Shown here piece after piece: positions 27,601 through 35,590 of a DNA stretch of 64,000 nucleotides. The notes beneath the pieces were generated by a model. That model saw nothing but the letters and a program-made list of their open reading frames with translations. It was not told the DNA's origin and did no database searches. Position 1 is the first letter of the stretch, and the number at the start of each line of letters is the position of its first letter. Source of the stretch: an uncultured Sphingobacteriaceae bacterium (lineage in GTDB: Bacteria > Bacteroidota > Bacteroidia > Sphingobacteriales > Sphingobacteriaceae); NCBI GenBank assembly GCA_964244955.1, contig CAXTKQ010000001.1:28265-92264 (forward strand), in the 5' to 3' direction. Both the position numbers and the translations under genes were made by a program.

Positions 27601-27773
27601 CCGGGCCATTGCGCAATGATGATGATCTGCGTGTTGGTTACATCGGGGAAAGTTTCGATCGGCGTATTCAGATAGCTCCAAACACCAAGCAGGGCAAGTA
27701 CGCCCGTTAAAAAGAACACTAAAAAACGGTGCCTTAACGAGAAGTAAATTATATTTTTAATGAAACTGTTCAT
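24636..27773 (-). CDS. CusA/CzcA-family heavy-metal efflux RND permease (copy 2)
   Basis: 1045 aa, collinear with and highly similar to copy 1, with the MGAVDFGIIIDGAVVM motif. Confidence 0.92.
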   Translation of the reverse strand: MNSFIKNIIYFSLRHRFLVFFLTGVLALLGVWSYLNTPIETFPDVTNTQIIIIAQWPGRSAEEVERMITIPMETVLNSVQKKSNLRTTSSFGLSYVRIIFDDDVDDAFARQQVLSRLLNADLPDGVKPEVEPPYGPTGEIFRYTLRSKIRSIHDLTEIQDWVLDRQFKAIPGVADVNSFGGEEKDFEVSVNPALLQKYGLTSLDVYNAINRSNINVGGDVIEKNNQAYVVRGIGVINNISEIQNIIIKNVNNVPILARNVADIHESGLPRLGQVGRDKDNDAIEGIVVMRKGENPSDVLVRIKDKVKDLNAHILPKDTKIDVFYDRTTLMDFATHTVIHNLIEGIVLVTVIVFLFMADWRTTLTVAIIIPLALLFAFICLRLKGMSANLLSMGAVDFGIIIDGAVVMVEGIYVALDHKAKEVGMEKFNKLAKLGLFKNVGTEMGKAIFFSKLIILTCLMPIFAFQKVEGKMFSPLAYTLSFALLGALIFTLTLVPALSSILLRKNVREKHNPIVLFFENGIHKMFNFTYKNQKLSLIVALVFMALTFASAKLLGTEFLPQLNEGALWVTAQLPMSTSLESSVSTTNKMRSILGSFPEVKQTMSQVGRTNDGTDPKGFFNVQIQVDLLPKDEWKRNITQEELIAQMDKKLSQFPGIIFNYSQPIIDNVAEAVAGVPASMAVKIFGTDFKVLDGKADEVMRVLSKVQGVEDLGILRNLGQPEFRIELDQSKMALYGISTADANSVIEMAIGGKAATTLYQGERKFDIRIRYQKDYRDTEEKIENLMVPTLNGSKIAIKEIAQITKLTGPAFIYRDNNMRYIAVKFSVRGRDLGSTIAEAQQKVNQAVKFDQGYTTTWNGEFENQIRASHTLANVVPICLLVIFLILFTTFGNVKDAVLVILNVPFALIGGILALHITNTNFSISAGIGFIALFGVCIQNGVILISVFRKNILEGVQIDEAILTGVLSRVRPVVMTALMAAIGLMPAAISTGIGSETQKPLAIVVIGGLVTSTILTLLLLPIIYKMVYSFMHKRENRKLLQKIGAVSK

Positions 27774-27878
27774 TGTTGGTTATGAGTTAAAATCGTTCTC
27801 TTTTTTTCGAAAATGGTTTCATTGCAATTTGTCTTGCAATTACTTAAGCCTGGTTAAATTTTGTCCTGTTTGTTTCCG

Positions 27879-27971
27879 ATGCTTCTTTTAGCACCTAAAT
27901 TTTGAAATCCCGGTGCTTTGTTCTACCTGTGCCACTAATAGAAACCAATTTTATAGGCATAAAAGAAGCAT
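27879..27971. repeat. Inverted doublet of the abundant repeat, 93 bp, inside the MFP2-RND2 intergenic gap
   Basis: ATGCTTCTTTTAGCACCTAAATTTTG ... AACCAATTTTATAGGCATAAAAGAAGCAT. Confidence 0.85.
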
Positions 27972-28015
27972 GTTGATTTTATGGCAGAAATTTAAACTGG
28001 CCCTTGCTAAAGCTT

Positions 28016-29110
28016 TTATTCTTCCGTCAGCGCATCGTACAACAACAATTGGTTTTTAGAAACCAACAGTTCTCCAGCTTTCAATCCTGACGACAGGTAG
28101 CTCACGTTATCTACTGTTTTTATCACATTAACTTCGCGCACCTCTAATTCGCACTTGCTTTTGTAAACCACCACAAAGTTTTTGCTATCGTTAAAAATAA
28201 TGGCAGAAGCCGGTACGGTTACTGATCGCGTTTGCTCGCTGTTGGTGATGACAACTGAAGTAAACATTTCCGGTTTCAGCAGCATGTTTGGGTTAGGCAG
28301 CGTGATTTTTACTTTCATCACTTTGTTGTCCGGGTCCAACACTGAACTTACTTCGTTTACTTTGCCCGGAAAAATTTTGCCCGGATAAGCAAGCGTAGAT
28401 ACTTTGGCTGCATAACCTTGTTTTACTTTAGAAATATCACTTTCAAAAACGTTGGCCCAGATCCAAACATCTTTCATATCCGAAATGGTGAACATACTGG
28501 CCGCATTGTCCTGCCGGATAAAGCTTCCGGGCGTAACGGTTTTTTCTACAATATAACCGCCTTCTGATGCTTTGATTACATATTGGCCGCTTGCGCTCGT
28601 GTTGCCACGGCCGTTAATAGAAAGTTGTTCCTGGATTTTCGTGCTGGCGGCCTGGGCTTTGTTGTAGTTTTCTTTGGCTTCGGTATAATCTCGCTCACTG
28701 GAAATACCGTTTTTATACAGGTATTCTGTTTGCGCCAACTGGCGTTTGGCAATAGCAAGGTCAGAATTTGTGGCCGATAAATCGGTATAGCTGCCTGCCA
28801 CGTCTGCACTTCGCATCACGGCCAAAACCTGGCCTTTGCTTACTTTATCGCCCAAAGAAACCCTGACGTCTGTAACTTGCCCGCTGGAAAAAGGATAAAC
28901 TTTGACTACGCGGTTTTCATCAAAAGAAACCTCTCCGGATAGTGTAAGCTCATCTTGCATATTGGTTGTTTTAACCGTATCAATACTGATGATCTTGGCC
29001 AAAGAATCGGTGATGCAAACCGCTTTTTTTTGTGCCACTTCTTCTTTTTTATGTTCGCAGGAAGTTAAAAACACCAATACGGAGAAACCGGCTATTAATT
29101 CTCTTTTCAT
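28016..29110 (-). CDS. Efflux RND periplasmic adaptor (copy 2)
   Basis: 364 aa with lipobox LTSC, collinear with copy 1. Confidence 0.88.
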   Translation of the reverse strand: MKRELIAGFSVLVFLTSCEHKKEEVAQKKAVCITDSLAKIISIDTVKTTNMQDELTLSGEVSFDENRVVKVYPFSSGQVTDVRVSLGDKVSKGQVLAVMRSADVAGSYTDLSATNSDLAIAKRQLAQTEYLYKNGISSERDYTEAKENYNKAQAASTKIQEQLSINGRGNTSASGQYVIKASEGGYIVEKTVTPGSFIRQDNAASMFTISDMKDVWIWANVFESDISKVKQGYAAKVSTLAYPGKIFPGKVNEVSSVLDPDNKVMKVKITLPNPNMLLKPEMFTSVVITNSEQTRSVTVPASAIIFNDSKNFVVVYKSKCELEVREVNVIKTVDNVSYLSSGLKAGELLVSKNQLLLYDALTEE

Positions 29111-29134
29111 TTTTTATCGAGTAGGGTTATTTTT

Positions 29135-30406
29135 TTAAGGGTTGATTACGGTAGAGCCAACATTAAAGTTAAGGTCGGCAATGGCTTTTTGCAGGTTGTA
29201 TTCCTGCTGGATCACTTTCAGTTTGGTGTCTTTGTACGATTCAAAAAAGTCAACAAATTCAACCAAACCCATTTGTCTCGAACGGTAAGCCTGAACCACG
29301 TTTCCAAACAACTTATCGTAAGTGTTATAAAACGCTAAGTTATTTTTAGAGAACAATTGCAGGCTTAAATTATATTGTTCTACAGCCGTTACCACATCAT
29401 TGCGTACTTGCAGGTCGCTGTTTTTAAGCACATTTTCCTGGTTTTGGATATTAAATTTTGCCGATTTGATATTGCCCTGGTTGCGGTTGAAAAACGGCAG
29501 CGGCAGGCTGATGGCCAAACCATAATAATTGGGCACGTAGTTACTGGCGCGGTCATAATCCACACCAATAGAAACATCAGGCACGGCAAGTGCTTTTTGG
29601 TACGATAAATTATGGCCGGCCTGTGCCAAAGCAAATTTGCTGGCCTGGTAATCGCCGCGGTTTGCCTTGGCCGTATCAATCAAAGCATTGATGTTTAACG
29701 AAACAGGGGTGGTGGTTGGCGTGCTGATATCCGGTACGATAAACGTGGTTTCCTTAACCACCAGCAAGGTTTTCAAGTCGTTCTCCAACTCGTTGATCTG
29801 GCGTACATTCTCCACCAAATCATTTTCCAAACCAAAAGCAACGGCTTGAAGGCGAACGACATCCCGCAAAGAAGAATTGCCAACGCTGTATTGGGTACTA
29901 ATGGCTTTGACCAAATTATTGGAAGAAGCGATTTCGTACTGAAAAATGCGGTTTTGTTCGATCAGGTTGTGCAATTGGGCAAAATCAACTTGCATGTTGT
30001 AGCGCAGGTTGCGCAGCAAATCATTAAACTGGGCTTGCTGTATGCTGGCATCGTCTTGCGCCACTTTTATTTGCTTGCCCCTTTTGCCTGCCGTTAAAAA
30101 TACCTGGCTGATCTGTGCGAAAAGTTGTCCGTTGCCGTTCGAGTGGTTAAAAAACCCCAATCCCCGGGAATACAAGTTTTGGTCGGTGCTTAAAGCCGGG
30201 TTGTCCCAAAGCCGGGCCTGCTGGATCAGTGCTTTGCTGGCATCCACATTGTACCGCTGCGCAATCAGGCTAAAGTTGTTTACCAGGAACCTTTTTTCGG
30301 CATCCTGAAATTTTAAGGTTAAAGTATCGGTTTGGTTTTGGGCATAAAGTGCTGCAGATAATGCCATAGCGGCAACTAAACTAACAGCAAATTTTAGTTT
30401 AAACAT
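29135..30406 (-). CDS. TolC-like outer-membrane efflux protein (copy 2)
   Basis: 423 aa with a signal peptide (..LSAALYAQ) and OEP repeats. It is the first gene of the OMP-MFP-RND operon. Confidence 0.85.
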   Translation of the reverse strand: MFKLKFAVSLVAAMALSAALYAQNQTDTLTLKFQDAEKRFLVNNFSLIAQRYNVDASKALIQQARLWDNPALSTDQNLYSRGLGFFNHSNGNGQLFAQISQVFLTAGKRGKQIKVAQDDASIQQAQFNDLLRNLRYNMQVDFAQLHNLIEQNRIFQYEIASSNNLVKAISTQYSVGNSSLRDVVRLQAVAFGLENDLVENVRQINELENDLKTLLVVKETTFIVPDISTPTTTPVSLNINALIDTAKANRGDYQASKFALAQAGHNLSYQKALAVPDVSIGVDYDRASNYVPNYYGLAISLPLPFFNRNQGNIKSAKFNIQNQENVLKNSDLQVRNDVVTAVEQYNLSLQLFSKNNLAFYNTYDKLFGNVVQAYRSRQMGLVEFVDFFESYKDTKLKVIQQEYNLQKAIADLNFNVGSTVINP

Positions 30407-30525
30407 AGGTAGTAACTCAGATTATTTTTAGTTAACTGTTTCGATGGATGTTCTTTCTACGTAAAAAGGATACGTACGGCTTGTTATTAATGTAAAATAA
30501 CAGTTAGCAATTGCATACTGCCCGG

Positions 30526-30554
30526 ATGCTTCTTTTAGCAGCATAATTTTAGCG
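30526..30554. repeat. Solo arm of the abundant repeat
   Basis: ATGCTTCTTTTAGCAGCATAATTTTAGCG. Confidence 0.75.
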
Positions 30555-30737
30555 GCATAAATTAAAGGTCGCAATTTTGTGTATTATTACGGCGAAAATA
30601 GCTATTATTCTAGTTTTCGTTTGCAACTTTATTGTTATTAACCTGTTAAAAACATCGTTAAATTGCATGTAAACAACAAACTTTAAGCTGCAATTTATTT
30701 AAATACCTGTATTGTATATTTAGTAACCTAAAACACC

Positions 30738-32840
30738 ATGGCCAAAAAAGCAGTTTCCGCAACAGGTGAAGCAGTAAACAAAAATACTTCGCCCAAAGAA
30801 AAAAAAGTGCCGGCCACTAAAAAAGATGTGGTAAAAGAAGCATCAACACGCACTAAAAAAATTAACGGTACGGAAGCCGCTGTTTTGGAAACCAGCCCTG
30901 CCGAAACAGAAACCAGCCAAGCCATCAGCTTAAACCCAGTTGAAGTTTACAGCCGCTTTACCGATTTTGATATTAGTTTGTTTAAAGGCGGCAAGCATTA
31001 CCGTTTGTACGAACTGTTTGGTTCGCACACGACGGAACATAAAGGTGTAACCGGAACATATTTTGCCGTTTGGGCACCCAATGCAGAAAAAGTTGCCGTC
31101 ATGGGCGATTTTAACGGTTGGGACAAACACAGCCATCCGCTTTTTGTGCGTTGGGACGGTTCCGGTATTTGGGAAGGTTTTATCCCGTACGTGGGCGATG
31201 GCGCAATTTATAAATATGCCATCCGCTCTTTTTATGGCGAAGAACTGGAAAAAGGCGATCCGTTTGCTTTGCGCTGGGAAGAACCGCCGCGTACAGCTTC
31301 CATCGTAACGCATACTTATTTTGAATGGAAAGATTCGGATTGGATGAAAACGCGCCATCAGCATAATGCGTTAACCAGCCCGTACTCCGTTTACGAGGTG
31401 CATTTTGGTTCCTGGGCGCGCAACCCAAAAAAACCTGAACAGTTTTTAGGCTATCGCGAAATGGCCGACGTGATGGTGAAATACGTAAAAGACATGGGTT
31501 TTACCCACGTGGAGTTTATGCCGCTGGCCGAGCATCCGTATTATCCAAGCTGGGGCTATCAAATTACTGGTTATTTTGCGGCCAGTACGCGTTACGGTTC
31601 CCCGCAGGACTTAATGTTTTTAGTTGATCAATTTCATGAAGCCGGGATTGGTGTGATAATGGATTGGGTGCCTTCTCATTTTCCGGGCGATGCACACGGC
31701 CTTTTCCGTTTCGATGGCACCAGTTTGTACGAGCATGAAGATCCGCGTAAAGGCTTCCATCCCGATTGGAAATCCTACATTTTTAATTACGGCAGAAACG
31801 AGGTTAAATCTTTTCTGATTAGCAACGCCTTGTTTTGGCTGGACCGTTACCACATTGACGGTTTGCGGGTTGATGCCGTAGCTTCCATGTTGTATTTAGA
31901 TTATTCGCGCGAGGCAGGCGGGTGGGAGCCAAACATTTACGGAGGCAACGAAAACCTGGAAGCCATCCAGTTTTTGCGCGAATTTAACGAAGCGGTTTAC
32001 GGCAATTATGCCGATGTGCAAACCATTGCCGAAGAATCTACTTCGTTTCCTGGCGTAAGCAAACCAACTTATTTGGGCGGTTTGGGTTTTGGCATGAAAT
32101 GGATGATGGGCTGGATGCACGATACCATCAAGTATTTTCAGGAAGACCCGATCAACCGGAAATATCATCACCAGCAAATCACTTTCAGCTTGCTGTATGT
32201 TTTTACCGAAAATTTTATGTTGCCGCTTTCGCATGATGAAATTGTTTACGGCAAGCATTCTATGATCAATAAAATGCCGGGAGACGAATGGCAGAAGTTT
32301 GCCAATTTGCGCGCATTGTACAGCTACATGTTCACGCATCCGGGAGCAAAACTGCTGTTTATGGGCGATGAGTTTGCGCAATCAGCAGAATGGGCTTTTG
32401 GCAAATCGTTGGACTGGCATTTGCTGCAATACCGGCCGCACCAAGGCATGCAAGATTTGGTGAAAGCGTTGAACCAACTGTACAAAACCGAACCGGCTTT
32501 GTACGAAAAAGCTTTTACGGGCGAAGGTTTTGAGTGGATTGATGACGGCAACGCTACGGATTCTGTGCTGCTTTACATCCGAAAAGGGAACGACCCGAAA
32601 GATGATTTGGTGGTGGCCTTAAATTTAACGCCGGTTGTGCGCACCGGTTTTCGTATCGGCGTTCCTGCTGCCGGAACGTGGAAAGAAATTTTTAATTCCG
32701 ATGATTTGGATTTTTGGGGAAGCGGGATTGTCAACCCAAAACCTTTAAAATCGGAAGACGTTGCATGGAATTATCGAAACCAATCGGTGCAATTAACCTT
32801 GCCGCCTTTAAGCGTTTCGGTATTAAAAAAGGTTGGATAA
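30738..32840 (+). CDS. glgB: 1,4-alpha-glucan branching enzyme
   Basis: GH13 motifs WGYQITGYFA, HIDGLRVDAVASMLY, IAEESTSFPGV and LPLSHDEIV. The first ~60 codons are a K/E/T-rich extension, so the true start may lie further downstream. Confidence 0.93.
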   Translation: MAKKAVSATGEAVNKNTSPKEKKVPATKKDVVKEASTRTKKINGTEAAVLETSPAETETSQAISLNPVEVYSRFTDFDISLFKGGKHYRLYELFGSHTTEHKGVTGTYFAVWAPNAEKVAVMGDFNGWDKHSHPLFVRWDGSGIWEGFIPYVGDGAIYKYAIRSFYGEELEKGDPFALRWEEPPRTASIVTHTYFEWKDSDWMKTRHQHNALTSPYSVYEVHFGSWARNPKKPEQFLGYREMADVMVKYVKDMGFTHVEFMPLAEHPYYPSWGYQITGYFAASTRYGSPQDLMFLVDQFHEAGIGVIMDWVPSHFPGDAHGLFRFDGTSLYEHEDPRKGFHPDWKSYIFNYGRNEVKSFLISNALFWLDRYHIDGLRVDAVASMLYLDYSREAGGWEPNIYGGNENLEAIQFLREFNEAVYGNYADVQTIAEESTSFPGVSKPTYLGGLGFGMKWMMGWMHDTIKYFQEDPINRKYHHQQITFSLLYVFTENFMLPLSHDEIVYGKHSMINKMPGDEWQKFANLRALYSYMFTHPGAKLLFMGDEFAQSAEWAFGKSLDWHLLQYRPHQGMQDLVKALNQLYKTEPALYEKAFTGEGFEWIDDGNATDSVLLYIRKGNDPKDDLVVALNLTPVVRTGFRIGVPAAGTWKEIFNSDDLDFWGSGIVNPKPLKSEDVAWNYRNQSVQLTLPPLSVSVLKKVG

Positions 32841-32895
32841 AAACAGTATCAATTTAAATTTACATAAGCCGGTTTAGCAAGCCGGCTTTTTGCTG

Positions 32896-32999
32896 ATGCT
32901 TCTTTTAGCACATAAAAATTATAGTTTATTGTTGATGGTTCATCGTTGATAGTTAATGGTTCATTGTTGACACCAAATTTATAGTGCTAAAAGAAGCAT
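32896..32999. repeat. Inverted doublet of the abundant repeat, 104 bp, with a second repeat family in its spacer
   Basis: ATGCTTCTTTTAGCACATAAAAATTATAG ... CACCAAATTTATAGTGCTAAAAGAAGCAT. Confidence 0.85.
32931..32970. repeat. Second repeat family (GTTGATGGTTCATCGTTGATAGTTAATGGTTCA-type)
   Basis: About 30 nt are near-identical to the reverse complement of 49225..49274. Confidence 0.65.
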
Positions 33000-33052
33000 T
33001 GGTGTTTTTAAAAAAAGCTTAAACCACCTTATCATATAATTTATTAACAAAA

Positions 33053-34057
33053 ATGAAGATATTTAAAAACAAAGCTTTTTTAACATTTGCCTTTTTTATA
33101 CTGCTTGCCACGGTTGGGTTTAAAAAAAACGATGTTAAAGCTGCGCCGGGTAACGACGGCAACAGAAAAAAATTTAGGGTAGTAGGTTATTTTCGGTATG
33201 AAGGCAATTTAAATGCCCAAGCCAGTGCCATCAGCTTCAATAGGCTCACCCATCTTAACGTGGCTTTTATCAACCCGGATAGCAATGGCATTTTTATGGT
33301 AAACGCAGATTTAAAAAAGGTGGCTGCAATGGCCCATCGTCAAGGCGTACAAATTTTGGTTTCCATTGGCGGCGGCAACCCGCCTGCATATCTCAGTAAA
33401 TTAATAAACCAGGCCAATCAGGCCACGCTGATAGCAAACCTTGTTGAGTTGACTACCAATAATAATTTGGACGGAATTGATGTTGACCTCGAAGGAAGTT
33501 TTGTAGATGAAAACTATGAATCATTTGTGGTTAACCTTGCTGCGGCACTTAAAGCCAAAAAGAAACTGATCACCGCTGCAGTTGCTACCGCTTATAAAGA
33601 CAGGTACACAGACAAGGCATTGGCAAAGTATGATTTTATAAACGTGATGTCTTACGATAAAACAGGGCCCTGGAACCTGAATAATGCGGGCCAGCATGCT
33701 CCATATGATATGGCTGTTGCAGACTTGGCCTATTGGAATGATATCCGGATGATAGCTAAAGAGAAACTAAGCTTAGGCGTACCGTTTTATGGTTATGGTT
33801 TTGGCGCCAATGCCCCCGCTAGCCTTGCATTTAAAGATATTATAACAGCTTACCCGGGAGCGGAGGACAAAGATGAAGTGGTTATAAACGGTGGCGGCAC
33901 AATTTATTACAACGGCATCCCTACCATAAAAAGCAAAACCGAGCTGGCACTTGATAAAGCAGGCGGTATCATGATGTGGCAATTGCTTCAGGATGCCAGC
34001 GGGACTAATTCATTGCTTGGTACAATTAATACCGTAATCAAAGCACGCAAAAAATGA
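33053..34057 (+). CDS. Glycoside hydrolase family 18 (chitinase/endo-beta-N-acetylglucosaminidase-like), secreted
   Basis: Signal peptide, catalytic DGIDVDLEG (DxxDxDxE), and a late MMWQL motif. Confidence 0.85.
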   Translation: MKIFKNKAFLTFAFFILLATVGFKKNDVKAAPGNDGNRKKFRVVGYFRYEGNLNAQASAISFNRLTHLNVAFINPDSNGIFMVNADLKKVAAMAHRQGVQILVSIGGGNPPAYLSKLINQANQATLIANLVELTTNNNLDGIDVDLEGSFVDENYESFVVNLAAALKAKKKLITAAVATAYKDRYTDKALAKYDFINVMSYDKTGPWNLNNAGQHAPYDMAVADLAYWNDIRMIAKEKLSLGVPFYGYGFGANAPASLAFKDIITAYPGAEDKDEVVINGGGTIYYNGIPTIKSKTELALDKAGGIMMWQLLQDASGTNSLLGTINTVIKARKK

Positions 34058-34082
34058 TCAGTGAAAATAAACCAGTTTGCCA

Positions 34083-34111
34083 ATGCTTCTTTTATCGGGT
34101 AAATTTTATAC
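34083..34111. repeat. Solo arm of the abundant repeat between convergent genes
   Basis: ATGCTTCTTTTATCGGGTAAATTTTATAC, which overlaps the stop of the response-regulator gene. Confidence 0.75.
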
Positions 34112-34759
34112 TTCCATAATCCCTTTTTTAATGGCATAAATCACCAAACCCACAATGTTTTTAGACCCTGTTTTTTCAAACAATTTCGTGCGGTAACCTT
34201 CTACCGTTCGCACGCTTAAAAAAAGTTTGTCGGCAATTTCGGTGTTTTGTTTTTCCTGGCAAATCAATTTTAAAACCTCGATTTCGCGTTCGTTCAGTTC
34301 GGTTTCTTCTTTGCTTTTTCCGCGCAGCGAACTTTTTTCCATAAACTGTTTTACCAACGAAATGGAAAGGTGTTCATTAAAATAATAGCCTTTTTTATGC
34401 ACGGTAAAAACAGCATCAATAATTTCCTGCGGCTCGGCGTTTTTTAATAAATAGCCGCAGGCCCCGGCTTTCATCATGTCCAGAATGTATTTGTCTTCGT
34501 TGAACATAGACAAAGCCAGCACTTTCACATGGCTAAAATTTTGCTGGATATGCGCCGTCGCCTGCATCCCGTCCATTTCGGGCATTTTAATGTCCATTAA
34601 AACCACATCCGGGTTTTTAAAGGCCAATTGTTTAACCAGTTCAATCCCGTTTCCGGCCTCAAACAAAATGTTCAGATCGGCACAATCTTCCAGCGTGGCT
34701 TTCAAACCTTCCCTGAAAATTTTATGGTCATCGGCGATGGCTAAGTTTATGACAGGCAT
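34106..34759 (-). CDS. NarL/FixJ (LuxR)-family response regulator
   Basis: REC domain (IADDH...DVVLMDIKMPEMDG) plus a LuxR HTH (LNEREIEVLKLICQEKQNTEIADKLFLSVRTVEGYRTKLF). Confidence 0.9.
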   Translation of the reverse strand: MPVINLAIADDHKIFREGLKATLEDCADLNILFEAGNGIELVKQLAFKNPDVVLMDIKMPEMDGMQATAHIQQNFSHVKVLALSMFNEDKYILDMMKAGACGYLLKNAEPQEIIDAVFTVHKKGYYFNEHLSISLVKQFMEKSSLRGKSKEETELNEREIEVLKLICQEKQNTEIADKLFLSVRTVEGYRTKLFEKTGSKNIVGLVIYAIKKGIMEV

Positions 34760-34801
34760 AGTAGTTTTTTTATCGTTAAAATTAATATTATCGCTTGAAA
34801 A

Positions 34802-35590
34802 TCAAGTAACTAAATTAATTTTTATTTCTGCCGACATGCCTTCGCCCGGCCTTGATTTAATTTCGATTTGCCCTTTGATAAAATCCGTTCGGCTTTGCAT
34901 GTTTTTTAAGCCCGAGCCGTTTTTGTAAGCAGCCACATCAAAGCCCAAACCATTGTCCTGGTAAGTTAAAACCAACGTTTCGTGGCCCGACACCAAATTT
35001 ATGCCGATAAAAGAAGCATGTGCATGTTTGATGGAATTGCCAAAAAGTTCTTGCACAATGCGGTAAAGCGTAACTTCGATTTCCGGCGTAAACCGGTTTT
35101 GTAAAGTTTCGTGCTTAAAACTTACTTCGATGCCCGTGTTTTGCTGTATCTTTTTGCAGAAGTCGGACAAGGCTTCCACCAAACCAAAATCGGTCAGCAG
35201 CGGCGGCCTTACATTTTGGATAATACTGCGGATTTCCTGGATGCACTCGTCAATCAAATTCCGCGTACTGCTTAACAGCGGAATTGCTTGTTCATCGGCT
35301 GCGCATGTTTTATTCAAACGGTGCAAATTGAGCTTTACGGCCGATAAAACCTGGCCCACGCTGTCGTGCAGGTCTTCGGCCAGCCTTTTGCGCTCGCTTT
35401 CCTGCGTTTCTAAAATGGCGCGCAGCAAATCGTTTTGTTTTTCGATCTGTAAATTCCTTTTTTCTTCCTGGTTCCTGATCATTTTCCGCTGGTAAATAAT
35501 CACAAACAGGAACAAAAAAACAATCAATAAAACTACGACAACGGTGCCAACTATTAATACGAACGTGAGACTGTTTTCTGAGTTTTGCAA
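34802..35590 (-). CDS. Sensor histidine kinase, HisKA_3 type, single N-terminal TM
   Basis: H-box RLAEDLHDSVGQVLSA, N-box ELFGNSIKHAHAS, DNGLGFD and GSGLKNM. The annotated start is a TTG that overlaps the upstream ORF. Confidence 0.85.
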   Translation of the reverse strand: MQNSENSLTFVLIVGTVVVVLLIVFLFLFVIIYQRKMIRNQEEKRNLQIEKQNDLLRAILETQESERKRLAEDLHDSVGQVLSAVKLNLHRLNKTCAADEQAIPLLSSTRNLIDECIQEIRSIIQNVRPPLLTDFGLVEALSDFCKKIQQNTGIEVSFKHETLQNRFTPEIEVTLYRIVQELFGNSIKHAHASFIGINLVSGHETLVLTYQDNGLGFDVAAYKNGSGLKNMQSRTDFIKGQIEIKSRPGEGMSAEIKINLVT

